Below, piece after piece: positions 8,239-18,300 of a DNA stretch of 64,000 bases; position 1 is the stretch's first letter; every line of letters starts with the position of its first letter. Below the pieces are notes generated by a model. It was not told the DNA's origin, did not search any database, and worked only from the letters and a program-made list of their open reading frames with translations. This stretch comes from an uncultured Clostridia bacterium. Its GTDB lineage: Bacteria > Bacillota > Clostridia > TANB77 > CAG-508. The DNA lies in contig CALXWM010000002.1 of the NCBI GenBank assembly GCA_944392425.1, forward strand, positions 3,346-67,345, given 5' to 3'. Both the position numbers and the translations under genes were made by a program.

Positions 8239-9501
8239 TCACGCCAAATACTGTTCTTCCTCACTTTGCCAATCAATATATTTTAATATTTCCTTATTAT
8301 CAACATCTAAATGAATAAAATCCAAAATAGTATCATTAGGAAAACATGATTCACAATAAAATGGCATAATAAAGTGAGGAACAATGCCAATTCTATCTGT
8401 AGCAAGAACTCTGCTTAGTAATTCTTTTGCATCACTTAGAAATACAGGAATATCTGCTTTTTTCAAGGCAAGGAAAAATTTAATAGTTTCAATTGATCTA
8501 TTATAAGATTTTCCAGCTACTCTAAAGTAATATCCATATTCATCATGCATGACATATAATGAAACATGTGTCGAATTGCCTCCTCTGCAGACTTCCCAAG
8601 GGTGACCACCAAATCGAGTTTGGTCATTATACCATCTATCAAATTCTTCAAAGGAATTTTCATCAATATCTTTTAAACCATCATCTCTTCCATCAGCATT
8701 TTCATAATACAATTCTTTAGGTGTTAAAGTTTCACAATTCGGATAATTATTTGCCTTATAACCTAAATAACAATAATAATAAAACTTCCCCGATGTCATT
8801 TTAGATATTCTACCAATCAATTTACTTGCTCTATATTTTACTTTCATATCTTTTTGCATATTCTCTTGCAAGGATACGAAATATTTTAATTCATCTATTT
8901 CTGACTGTGAAAAGTTGCTAAAATAATCTTCCTTGGCATCAGGATATACTTTCCAAAAATCACTTCTTTTTATTGTACCATACCTATTTTCAAATGGTAA
9001 ATTGTTTTTAACATAATCATTGTAAAATTCTTTTTCCATCTTATCTAAACAATACTTAACAGAATGAATTATTGTCTCAATAAGATAACTTATATTCATC
9101 TCGAATCCAGTAGTTTCAATATTAGGAGATTGAGCAATTAGCTTGCTATTTAAAAAAATTGCTCTAAATTCTTTATCGTCCTTTTGCATAAAAGATATTG
9201 TGCTTAATTTGTACCAGTAAATATCATTTGGATAATCTCTTTTCCACATTGTTTCAAACTCTTTATAATTTGAAACAATTTCATCCTGAACGAATTCTTC
9301 ATAATTACCATAGTCAGAAATATTTCCTCTAGGTATAGTAATCCAAAGCTCATGCAAATTATCCTCTCCACAAGGTTTAATTTTATCTAAAATTTCATAC
9401 ATAGAATTTATTAAATCCCATGTATTTTTATCAAATCGCATTTTACTATGATTTAAGTAGTTAATGTAGTTGTCTATTTGTGGTGCTGAAAGTAAATTCA
9501 A
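8239..9501 (-). CDS. Hypothetical protein (420 aa), no recognisable domain
   Basis: Long ORF with RBS GGAGAGG upstream on the minus strand. Confidence 0.6.
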   Translation of the reverse strand: MNLLSAPQIDNYINYLNHSKMRFDKNTWDLINSMYEILDKIKPCGEDNLHELWITIPRGNISDYGNYEEFVQDEIVSNYKEFETMWKRDYPNDIYWYKLSTISFMQKDDKEFRAIFLNSKLIAQSPNIETTGFEMNISYLIETIIHSVKYCLDKMEKEFYNDYVKNNLPFENRYGTIKRSDFWKVYPDAKEDYFSNFSQSEIDELKYFVSLQENMQKDMKVKYRASKLIGRISKMTSGKFYYYCYLGYKANNYPNCETLTPKELYYENADGRDDGLKDIDENSFEEFDRWYNDQTRFGGHPWEVCRGGNSTHVSLYVMHDEYGYYFRVAGKSYNRSIETIKFFLALKKADIPVFLSDAKELLSRVLATDRIGIVPHFIMPFYCESCFPNDTILDFIHLDVDNKEILKYIDWQSEEEQYLA

Positions 9502-9931
9502 AATAATCCTCTCCTTTTTAAAAACTTAATAATGATTAACGAAATATAACATACAGTATAACGAAAAATAATAAAAATGTCAATGGATAAAGTTAAAATA
9601 ATATGAGAAGAAGTGCCAGTATTAGAATTAATTGGGGGATACTGACACTTCTTAAATGAATATTATGGAAGAATAATTTAAGTATTTAGCTTAAATTAAC
9701 ATAATTATAGCACATAACATTTGTCAAATGCTGTCGAAATTTGTCGAGGACAACAAAAAATAACAAAAAAATCTAGAGCTTTTGATAATATTACAAAAAA
9801 TATATTGCAAAAGTATTTGAATTGTTGTAATATAGTTAAGTACACATTGTACAGAGATTGCATGGCTTGAAATAATGTATTTTAAATCTATGCTAAACTC
9901 TAATTTAATAAAGTGATAGGGAGGTATTTTT

Positions 9932-10411
9932 ATGGAAGATATTTCTATTCAAGTTGGGCAGAGACTTTTTAATTATAGAGTGTCTGCTGTTTTTAAATGT
10001 GGAGATAAAATATTGCTACATCACGGATTAGACAAAGACCATTATACTTTACCAGGTGGCAGAGTTAAAGATGGTGAATCAACAGTTACAGCATTAAAAA
10101 GAGAAATTAAAGAGGAAATGGGATTAGATATTGAATATGTAAGACCATTTTCTTTTATTGAGAATTTTTTCGAAATGGACGGAAAATTGTATCACGAGCT
10201 ATTAGTTACTCACGAGTTAAAATTTAAAGACGAGTCAGTTTATTTTAAAGAAAAAATTATGCCTATTGAACCTGAAAAGCAAGGTAAACTTGAGTTTTTA
10301 TGGTTTGATATAAACAAGTTAGATAACATAGATTTTGTGCCTATAAAACTAAAGGAAGCAATAAAAAGAAATTCAAAAGATTTTTTGCATTTTATTAATT
10401 TTGAAAAATAG
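9932..10411 (+). CDS. NUDIX hydrolase
   Basis: Nudix box GGRVKDGESTVTALKREIKEEMGL. RBS GGGAGG. Promoter-like TTGCAA-17-TAATAT at about 9804-9832. Confidence 0.8.
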   Translation: MEDISIQVGQRLFNYRVSAVFKCGDKILLHHGLDKDHYTLPGGRVKDGESTVTALKREIKEEMGLDIEYVRPFSFIENFFEMDGKLYHELLVTHELKFKDESVYFKEKIMPIEPEKQGKLEFLWFDINKLDNIDFVPIKLKEAIKRNSKDFLHFINFEK

Positions 10412-10639
10412 CGGAACATTAAATTGGTTTAAGCTGTGAACATTAAATAGTTTTAAGCCTAGACAACCAAAAAAATTTTTTATATAATTATGAATAATAA
10501 AAATGTTAACTAACTACCGAATTAAAATCATCATAGGTTCTTATAAAAAATGCTAATAAACCATAGAACTAGAATAACAATAGCCTATTATCCAAGAAAG
10601 GAGGAAATGTTGTATTTTAAAATATAGCATAAAAGAAAA

Positions 10640-11692
10640 ATGAATGTTGATATAGAAATGGAACTCTTTGATATTTTTACTGAAGGATACAAAGATAAAC
10701 TAGACGAAAAAAAAGATTTGAAGGATTATTTAGAGGAAAAAACAAAAGATGAGCTAATTGGAATATATGGCAGATATTATCTTGCAGGAAATGTAAATGA
10801 TATTGATAAACTTAAAGAGATAAAAAGAGAATCAAAGGAAAATGTTATTAATAAAATAATCAATCTAATAGACACCCAATTAATATCAGTTTTTCAATTT
10901 ATGGATGACGATAGAATGGAGCAAATTAAAAATATAGCTAATGATGATGGCTTTTCGACATTTGAATTAGGTGGGATTAATAATTTTTCGATAGACATTA
11001 TGATGAAATTACATTTATTAGGATTAATTTATGCAAAAAAAGAAAACGAAAAGACAATTATTCATATGCCTAATTTTGTTAAAAATAAAATAAGAAATAT
11101 TGAAGGAAACTTTTATTTAGATTATTATGATGATTTACTTATATACTTAGAAGGTATGGTTTATACTTATGGAGTAATTGACATGAAAAAAGCGTATGAG
11201 TATATCAGTAGTGTAATTCCAATTAATTTTAATAAATTTAATTCTATAGTTCTGTTTACAGCATATATGGAATTAGATAAGATATATTTTAAAAGTCCGG
11301 AAATGGTGTTGGCAAATATAGAATTAACCGAAGACCAAATAAGTAAACTAGCAAATAAGAAAATAAAACTAGAAAAATATGATTTAAAATTTTTTAAATC
11401 TATGGCTGACGGAACTTATATGAAAAATCTTAAAGAATATAAATCTTTTAGAAACTATTTAAAAAACAATTTTAGATATGATTTAAATGATTATGAAAAT
11501 CTAAGGGGAGAGCTTATTCAATCGTATTCAGATATTGCTCAAGTAGATGAAAGAAAAGCATTACAAGTCTTAAAAATGATGATTTCTGATAATTTTGATA
11601 TAGATGATGATGAAGAGCAGATAATGATAGGCTACATAAATAATATTAGAGAGAAAATGCCTATTTGGAAAAAAGGTGGAAAAATAAATTAA
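10640..11692 (+). CDS. Hypothetical protein (350 aa)
   Basis: Long ORF. The 5' end is uncertain: an in-frame ATG at 10607 beside a strong AAAGGAGG is cut off by TAG at 10625-10627. Confidence 0.55.
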   Translation: MNVDIEMELFDIFTEGYKDKLDEKKDLKDYLEEKTKDELIGIYGRYYLAGNVNDIDKLKEIKRESKENVINKIINLIDTQLISVFQFMDDDRMEQIKNIANDDGFSTFELGGINNFSIDIMMKLHLLGLIYAKKENEKTIIHMPNFVKNKIRNIEGNFYLDYYDDLLIYLEGMVYTYGVIDMKKAYEYISSVIPINFNKFNSIVLFTAYMELDKIYFKSPEMVLANIELTEDQISKLANKKIKLEKYDLKFFKSMADGTYMKNLKEYKSFRNYLKNNFRYDLNDYENLRGELIQSYSDIAQVDERKALQVLKMMISDNFDIDDDEEQIMIGYINNIREKMPIWKKGGKIN

Positions 11693-11790
11693 AATATCTA
11701 ATTATAAATTTTTACACTTTACTTTTTGCATTTATTTATAATATAATTAATTTACTATCAACAAAAACTAAAGAAAGAGAGGAAATACAA

Positions 11791-12708
11791 ATGAAAGATT
11801 ATTTTGGATATAAAGATAAAGTATGTGTTGTAACAGGTGTTTCAAGTGGAATGGGAGAAGCTACAGCCAAAGTTTTGCTAAGTTTAGGAGCAAAAGTATA
11901 TGGCTTAGATATGAATTCTCCAAAAGTTAAAAACCTTACATCTTTTATAAAATGCAATTTAGCACATAAAAAAGATATTGATGAAGCTTTTAAGATAATT
12001 CCAGACCATGTTGATTCATTCTTTGGAGTAGCAGGTTTATCAGGAGCAAAAACTGATTATAGAACAACTTTTGATTGCAATTACACAGCAAATATGTATA
12101 TTACTTTAAAATATTTAACAAAAAGAATGACTAAAGGTGGTTCAATTGTTTATTGTACATCAACAGCTGGACAAGAGTGGAAGAGATTTAAAAGGGAGCA
12201 AAACAAGGTTGTACATTGCACAACTTGGAAAGAGGTTCAAGAAGCTACTAAAAAACTTGCTGATTCAGCACCATCTACTTTCGCATATATGTATTCTAAG
12301 AGATGCCTTTCACAATTTGCTTGTGAGCAAGCTGTAAATTTTGCAAAAAAGGGAATTAGAATAAATAATGTAATGCCTGGTTCAACTGACACAGGAATGA
12401 AACAAGAGTTTCAAGATATGGTAGGAAGTGAAGAAGGTCTAATTGCAGAGGCAGGTTTAGCTGGAAGACTTGCTACTTCAGATGAAATGGCGTTCCCAAT
12501 GGTTTTCTTAAATTCAGAAATGGCATCTTTTATTTCAGGTGTAGATTTGGCAGTAGATTATGTAGATACTTGCCTAAAAGAGTTAGGACTAAAGAAAAAT
12601 TTAGAAGCTGTTTCAGCTACAAATCCTATAATTTGTGCAATTGCTAAAAGAATGATGAACAAATCTGCAAATGAGTTGAAGGCTTTGAATGAGGGCAAGT
12701 CTGAGTAA
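11791..12708 (+). CDS. Short-chain dehydrogenase/reductase (SDR)
   Basis: TGVSSGMG cofactor motif, YxxxK (YMYSK) and NNVMPG. Start moved to ATG 11791 (RBS AGAGAGG), because the track's 42 extra N-terminal codons overlap the previous gene. Confidence 0.8.
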   Translation: MKDYFGYKDKVCVVTGVSSGMGEATAKVLLSLGAKVYGLDMNSPKVKNLTSFIKCNLAHKKDIDEAFKIIPDHVDSFFGVAGLSGAKTDYRTTFDCNYTANMYITLKYLTKRMTKGGSIVYCTSTAGQEWKRFKREQNKVVHCTTWKEVQEATKKLADSAPSTFAYMYSKRCLSQFACEQAVNFAKKGIRINNVMPGSTDTGMKQEFQDMVGSEEGLIAEAGLAGRLATSDEMAFPMVFLNSEMASFISGVDLAVDYVDTCLKELGLKKNLEAVSATNPIICAIAKRMMNKSANELKALNEGKSE

Positions 12709-12729
12709 ACTATATATTTTATGTAAGTA

Positions 12730-12763
12730 AAACCGTGAAGCGAATGCAAAAGAACATATATTG
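12730..12763. repeat. 3' fragment of the GC-rich TIR element family
   Basis: aaaccgtgaagcgaatgcaaaagaacatatattg matches the end of the copy at 15083-15221 (gcgaaaccgtgaggcaaatgcggaagaatgtatattg). Confidence 0.6.
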
Positions 12764-12811
12764 TTGCGTAAATGAGAAAGGTAAGTATTAAAAAAGGAGT
12801 TGTACAATATA

Positions 12812-13432
12812 ATGAATTTCAGTGTTAACTGTAATAACAGTATCAGGCTTATTGGAAGTAAAAAAATATACATAGACCCATATGAAATAAAAGAAGAAAC
12901 ACACGATGCAGATTATATATTTTGCACTCATTCTCACTATGACCATTTTTCGCCAGAGGATATTAAAAAGGTTCTAAAAAGTGATACCAAAATTATAACT
13001 GTTCAAGATGCTAAACTTGATGCAGAAAAACTTGTTGGAAAAGAAAATGTTATATTAGTAGAACCAAATCAAAATTATACAATTGATGATATCAGTTTTT
13101 CCACAACTTATGCATTTAATGTGGATAAGCCTTTCCATCCTAAAGACAAGAGGTGGGTTGGATATATTATTGAGCTTGATGGCACAAAATATTACATTGC
13201 TGGAGATACAGATAATATCCCTGAGATAAGAAAGATTATAGCTGATGTAGCATTTTTACCAGTTGGCGGAACTTATACAATGAACTATAAAGAGGCAGCA
13301 GATTTAGCAAATGTATTAAATGTAAATACAGTAGTTCCAACTCATTATGGAAGTGTAGCAGGTAAAAAGGAAGATGGCGAGAATTTTAAAAGATTAGTAA
13401 AAAATAAAGAAGTTGTAGTTTTTGATATATAA
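12812..13432 (+). CDS. MBL-fold metallo-hydrolase
   Basis: HSHYDH motif. ATG 12812 is preferred over the track's TTG at 12800 because of its spacing from RBS AAGGAG. Confidence 0.75.
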   Translation: MNFSVNCNNSIRLIGSKKIYIDPYEIKEETHDADYIFCTHSHYDHFSPEDIKKVLKSDTKIITVQDAKLDAEKLVGKENVILVEPNQNYTIDDISFSTTYAFNVDKPFHPKDKRWVGYIIELDGTKYYIAGDTDNIPEIRKIIADVAFLPVGGTYTMNYKEAADLANVLNVNTVVPTHYGSVAGKKEDGENFKRLVKNKEVVVFDI

Positions 13433-13457
13433 AGATTATAGATGTGTTTATATAATA

Positions 13458-13505
13458 AAAAGACCCTTATAAAGAAAAGATTCTTTATAAGGGGTCGACT
13501 TTTTT
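13458..13505. terminator. Bidirectional hairpin terminator
   Basis: GACCCTTATAAAGAA / TTCTTTATAAGGGGTC stem, preceded by an A-run and followed by a T-run. Confidence 0.6.
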
Positions 13506-13761
13506 ATGGAGTTTTGCATTTGCATACCCAAAGCAGATGCCGTTTTCCAATGATCACTCTTGCATCAAGAAGAGTGTCTTGCAGATTATCCTTTGTAAGA
13601 GCCAATGGATTATACTCTGCAAGTATTTCACAATCATTGTGGTAGTATTTTTCGAGCACTACGTCATCATAGCGCTCACGAATAACATATTGAACTCTTG
13701 GGGATGCAGGAATGTCTGTGTAATATTCTACGTACCGCACAGGCATGTATGGACACTTCAT
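13504..13761 (-). CDS. Small hypothetical protein (85 aa)
   Basis: Strong RBS AAAGGAG lies 8 nt upstream of the ATG on the minus strand. It is preferred over the two overlapping plus-strand ORFs, which lack an RBS. Confidence 0.5.
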   Translation of the reverse strand: MKCPYMPVRYVEYYTDIPASPRVQYVIRERYDDVVLEKYYHNDCEILAEYNPLALTKDNLQDTLLDARVIIGKRHLLWVCKCKTP

Positions 13762-13961
13762 AAAAATTCTCCTTTCTGAAAATATATAAAGTCTACATAA
13801 TTATTATATCATTAAAATTAGATTAATTCAACTTTTTTTAATTCTCTCCTTTTTAGAATTTTACTCTTGTATATTCTTACTTATGCGTGATAAAATATTA
13901 TGCAAAGGTTGTAATTCTTTTCTAATTAAATTTATATCTTTAGAAAGGAAAGAGATTAAAT

Positions 13962-14033
13962 ATGGTTAAAGTTTTATTTGTATGTTTAGGAAATATATGT
14001 AGATCACCAATGGCTGAATTTATTATTGTATAG
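13962..14033 (+). pseudogene. 5' remnant of a low-molecular-weight protein-tyrosine phosphatase/ArsC-family gene (MVKVLFVCLGNICRSPMAEFIIV*)
   Basis: The canonical N-terminal CX5R(S) P-loop VCLGNICRSP is present. The frame stops after 23 codons, exactly where the 144-nt repeat begins. Confidence 0.55.
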
Positions 14034-14166
14034 GAAAAATCAAGTTTTTCCTATACAATAAAAGCATTGCACACAATTTTACATTTGTAAAATTGGCGCA
14101 CGAACAAAGACGCGGACGATGTAAATTTAAAAGTAGAACAAAGTTAAAGGAGCCCGCTTTTGTTCT
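14023..14166 (+). repeat. 144-nt structured repeat, copy A
   Basis: Identical to 48807-48950 except for 2 substitutions. Contains a 17-bp hairpin TTATTGTATAGGAAAAA/TTTTTCCTATACAATAA, the palindrome AATTTTACATTTGTAAAATT, and AGAACAAA...TTTGTTCT. Confidence 0.85.
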
Positions 14167-14307
14167 TTAAGATTGAGAAGAATATATACAAAGATTTGAA
14201 AAATAAATGGTGGATAATTTAAAATAGAATAAAACTTTATAATTTGGTAAAAATTATGCAAGCATATAAATCTAGTTAAGTTTTATATAAAAGAGGAGAA
14301 TTAAAAA

Positions 14308-15072
14308 ATGAACATAGAAAAAGATTTATTTGAATTACAAGACAAAGAATATAGGGAATTTCAAATAAAATTATGTCCGGGTGTAAATAATATAATAGGA
14401 GTTAGAATACCAGAACTTAGGAAATATGCAAAAAAGATAAGCAAAACAGTTAATGTAGCGGACGTTCCAACTAAATATTATGAAGAAATAATGGTTAAAG
14501 GAATGTTGATAGGATTAGAAAAGGACTTGAATTTTGATCAAATAGAAAATTTTATACCATTAATAAATAACTGGGCTGTTTGCGATACATTTTGCAATGG
14601 ACTGAAAAAAATAAAGAATAACAAAGAGCAAATGTGGAACTTCATACAAAAATATTTAAAATCTAAAAAGGAGTTTGAAGTGAGATTTGCTGTTGATATT
14701 ATTTTACAATATTACATTGATGCAAATTACATAGATAAAGTCCTAAAAATACTTTCAAAAATAAAACACGAAGGTTATTATGCACAAATGGCAGTTGCTT
14801 GGGCATATTCAATTTGCTTTGTTAAGTTTTATGATAAGACAAAAAAATTTTTTGAGGAGAAATTGATTGAGAAGAAAGACATACCAATAAAACTTCAAAC
14901 TGAAAGTAGTGAGTCAACGCATACAAGTGATTTGAATGAAGTTGGAAAAACGCAAAATATAAGTTTAAAAATTGATAAATTTACATATAATAAATCAATT
15001 CAAAAGGCAATAGAATCTTATAGGTTAACAAAAGAACAAAAAACAGAACTACGAAAAATGAAAAAGTTATAA
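14308..15072 (+). CDS. DNA alkylation repair protein (AlkD-like HEAT-repeat family)
   Basis: N-terminal pattern YREFQIKLCPGVNNIIGVRIPELRKYAKKI and NNWAVCDTFC, recalled as typical of this family. RBS AGAGGAG. Confidence 0.65.
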   Translation: MNIEKDLFELQDKEYREFQIKLCPGVNNIIGVRIPELRKYAKKISKTVNVADVPTKYYEEIMVKGMLIGLEKDLNFDQIENFIPLINNWAVCDTFCNGLKKIKNNKEQMWNFIQKYLKSKKEFEVRFAVDIILQYYIDANYIDKVLKILSKIKHEGYYAQMAVAWAYSICFVKFYDKTKKFFEEKLIEKKDIPIKLQTESSESTHTSDLNEVGKTQNISLKIDKFTYNKSIQKAIESYRLTKEQKTELRKMKKL

Positions 15073-15082
15073 TAATAAAGAA

Positions 15083-15221
15083 CAATATATGTTCTGGAGC
15101 TTTTAGCGACCTGAGGCAGCGGGAGCACTTTTATTTGTAGAGAAGAAAAAATGCCAAAGTGAGCGTGCAAGCGTTTTCGCGTAAGCGAAACCGTGAGGCA
15201 AATGCGGAAGAATGTATATTG
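15083..15221 (+). repeat. GC-rich TIR element (MITE-like), orientation A
   Basis: Termini CAATATATGTTCT ... AGAATGTATATTG. The interior is homologous to the copies at 46108 and 58284, and in reverse complement to those at 31213, 38378 and 53171. Confidence 0.85.
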
Positions 15222-15360
15222 GACTTTGTAGAGTTATATCACTGGTATATAAAAAATATTACAATATTAGATGTTATATGTTTTGAATTTTTAAAAGTAT
15301 AATTTATCCACAAACCGGGAACAATATGTGTAAAAACATATTCGGGGAGTGGAATTTTTT

Positions 15361-18300
15361 ATGTATAAAATATTAAACACAAAAGAAATTGTACTAGATA
15401 AAAAATTACTAAAAGAATATTTAGCAAAATTTGCAGCAGATAGTATTATAAAAGAAAAATCGAATCTTGACACTTATCCAATTCCTAGGGTTTTGGATAA
15501 TTTTGAGTATATATCTTTAATATATACTTTATTAAATCAGCACGTTAAACTTGGAATACCAATACATCCAGCAGGAGAATGGCTTTTAGATAATTTTTAT
15601 TTAATAGAAAATACAGTAAAAATTCTACAAAAGAGTTTATCAAAAAATAAATATGAAAAATTTCCTAGAATTGCGAATGGAGTGGACGCAGGTTTTGCAA
15701 GAATTTTTGTGTTATGCAATGAAATTGTTATGAATACAGATGGTAGAATTGATGAAAGAGAGATAACGGAGTACATTCAGTCATATCAAACACAGAAAAA
15801 TCTTTATATGAATGAAATATGGAATATAGGTATTTTTTTGCAGATTGCAATTATAGAAAAAATTAGAGGTATTTGTGAAAAAATATTTATTTCCCAAATG
15901 CAAAAGTTCAAAGTTGAAAATATAGTTCAAAGAATTTTGGAAAATAAAGATGTTAAAAAGCTTAAATTAGATGTAGACTTATATTCTTTTATTGAATATA
16001 TGGCATATAGATTAAAAACTTATGGAAAAGAAGCGGCTCCATTTTTAGCTATTTTAGAGGAACAGGTTCAAAGAAATGGAATGACTTTAAGTGATGTTAC
16101 AAATAAAGAGCATTTTGACATTGCTTTGAAAAGAGTTTCTATGCAAAATTCCATTCTTAGTATAAAAGCGATTTCGAGGATGGATATTTTGTCTATTTTT
16201 GAAAATACAAGTATTGTTGAAAAAATGTTGAGTACAGATGAAGAATATAAAAAAATGGATTACCAGAGTAAAGCAAATTACAGAAATGCTATTGAAGAAA
16301 TTTCAAAAAAGACAAAACTTTCGGAAGTTTATATTACTCAGAAATGTCTTGAATTGTGTGGCTTAAAGACGGATGACACTGAAAAAATCTCGAATATAGA
16401 TGAAAGCAAGATAAAACAAATCAAAAATACTGTAAAAAATCAAAAGCAATCACATGTAGGTTATTATTTAGTTGCAGAAGGTAAATCGCAGTTACTTAGT
16501 AAATTATTAAATAAAAAGGTAAAAACTATTTCTGATAGTACAAAGTCAAAATTATATGTAGCAGGAGTATATATTCTAACAATTGCAATCACTATATTAC
16601 TATGCACAAGGTCTTGGCTTATGGGAATTTTATGTTTTATACCTATTCAAAATGTTGTAACTAAATTTTTGCAATATGTTTTAAGCAAAATCGTAAAACC
16701 AAAAGTACTCCCTAAATTGGACTTTCAAGATGAAGGTATTCCTAAAGAATATGCTACTATGTGCGTAATACCAGCACTTCTAAAAGAAGATAAGGATGTT
16801 ACAGAGTTTATGCACAAACTTGAAGTATACTACTTAGCTAACAAAACTGATAATTTATATTTTACACTTCTTGGGGATTGTACAAGTGAGAAGAGTGAGA
16901 GAAAAAGCACAGATGAAAAAATTGCTGAAACTGGTAAAAAATGTGTAGAAAAATTGAATAGTAAATATGGTAATGTATTTAATTTTATATATAGAAAAAG
17001 AGAATGGTCTAGTAGTGAAAGATGTTTTATGGGTTGGGAAAGGAAAAGAGGTATTTTAACACAATTAAATGAGTACCTAATAACTGGAAATAATCCATTT
17101 TGGATAAATACTTGTAAAGATTTACCTAAAATTAAATATGTTATTACAATTGATAGTGATACAAGTTTATCTTTAAATCAAGCAGAAAAACTAGTTGGAA
17201 CAATTGCACACGTACTAAATAAGCCAGAGATTAATAAAATTACCAATACAGTAGTTTCAGGGCACGCACTTATACAACCTAGAATTGGTGTAGGAATTAA
17301 AGATGAAAGAAAAACAGTGTTTTCTAGACTTTTTGCAGGTTCTGGAGGAACGGACCTTTATGCAAATGCAATTTCAGATGTTTACCAAGATAATTTTGAT
17401 GAAGGAATATATACTGGCAAAGGAATATATGATGTAGAAGTTTTTTATGATGTGCTTAAAGATACAATCCCAGAAAATAGTGTATTAAGTCATGACTTGT
17501 TAGAAGGAAGTTACTTAAGATGTGGACTTGCTTCAGATGTACTTTTGATGGACGGATATCCTTCAAACTACATTTCATACAGAAAGAGAAAACACAGATG
17601 GATAAGAGGAGATGTACAAATTTTACCATGGTTAAATTCTACATTAAATACTTTATCTAAGTATAAAATTTTAGATAATTTAGCAAGAGACCTAGAGGAC
17701 TTTTTTGAATTGCTACTAATAATAATTTGCTTTGTTTTAGCATGGCTAAATAAAGCAAATTCAGGACTATTTTTGACTTTAGCAATTATATTTTTAGCTT
17801 TTTCTAGCATACTTGAACTTTTGGATATTTTTATGAATTACAAAACAGAAGAGCAAAAATTAATTTCAAAAGAGTTTACAAAAATTCAAGGAAGTATATA
17901 TAGATTTTTTATCAAGCTTTCTATTTTGCCAGATATGGCATATTTGGAAATTAATGCATTTGTAAAAAGCATATATAGAATGAAAATATCTCACAATTTT
18001 ATGTTGGAATGGACTACTTCAAATGATGCGGAAAAAAATAGTCAAAAATCTGTAAAGGGATATTATTTATCAATGCTTCCAAATGTTATTTTAGGAATTT
18101 TACTAGCAGTTTTAGCAGGAGGATATTTGATACTTAATTTTGGCACATATTTTTCTAACAATGAAATAGCAGATGGTCTGAGACTAAATGCAGCTCTTTT
18201 GGGTCAAGGATTGGAATTAGGTTTTAGTATTATTTTTTTGAGTTTAGGTATAATTTGGCTAATAACACCATTAATCATGTACAAGTTAAGCATAAAAAAC

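Noticed and set aside
10420-10470. Tandem near-repeat GAACATTAAATTGGTTTAAGC / GAACATTAAATAGTTTTAAGC after the NUDIX gene.
   Set aside because: There are only two imperfect units in AT-rich spacer DNA, with no further copies seen in the window. That is too little evidence for function.
10607-10627. Six-codon mini-ORF (MLYFKI*) next to a strong AAAGGAGG, in frame with the 350-aa gene.
   Set aside because: The SD-to-ATG spacing is only about 2 nt. It could be a leader peptide or a nonsense-truncated original start, and I cannot distinguish these from sequence alone. It is noted under the CDS instead.
11665-11790. The 5' extensions in the ORF track for the SDR gene (11665). The same issue applies to 40318 (coiled-coil protein), 35008 (SNF2), 52510, 12800 and 15349.
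   Set aside because: The extensions overlap upstream genes or promoters and lack an RBS. Internal ATGs with good SD spacing, and N-termini typical of each family, fit better.
12137-12337. 66-aa same-strand, out-of-frame ORF inside the SDR gene. Similar cases occur at 24839-25045 and 25181-25381.
   Set aside because: They are embedded in better-supported genes, have no RBS, and have an implausible composition.
13442-13779. Two plus-strand ORFs (13442-13645 and 13537-13779) overlapping the minus-strand 85-aa gene.
   Set aside because: They have no RBS, and the first begins inside the terminator hairpin. The minus-strand ORF has AAAGGAG at ideal spacing and a more protein-like composition.
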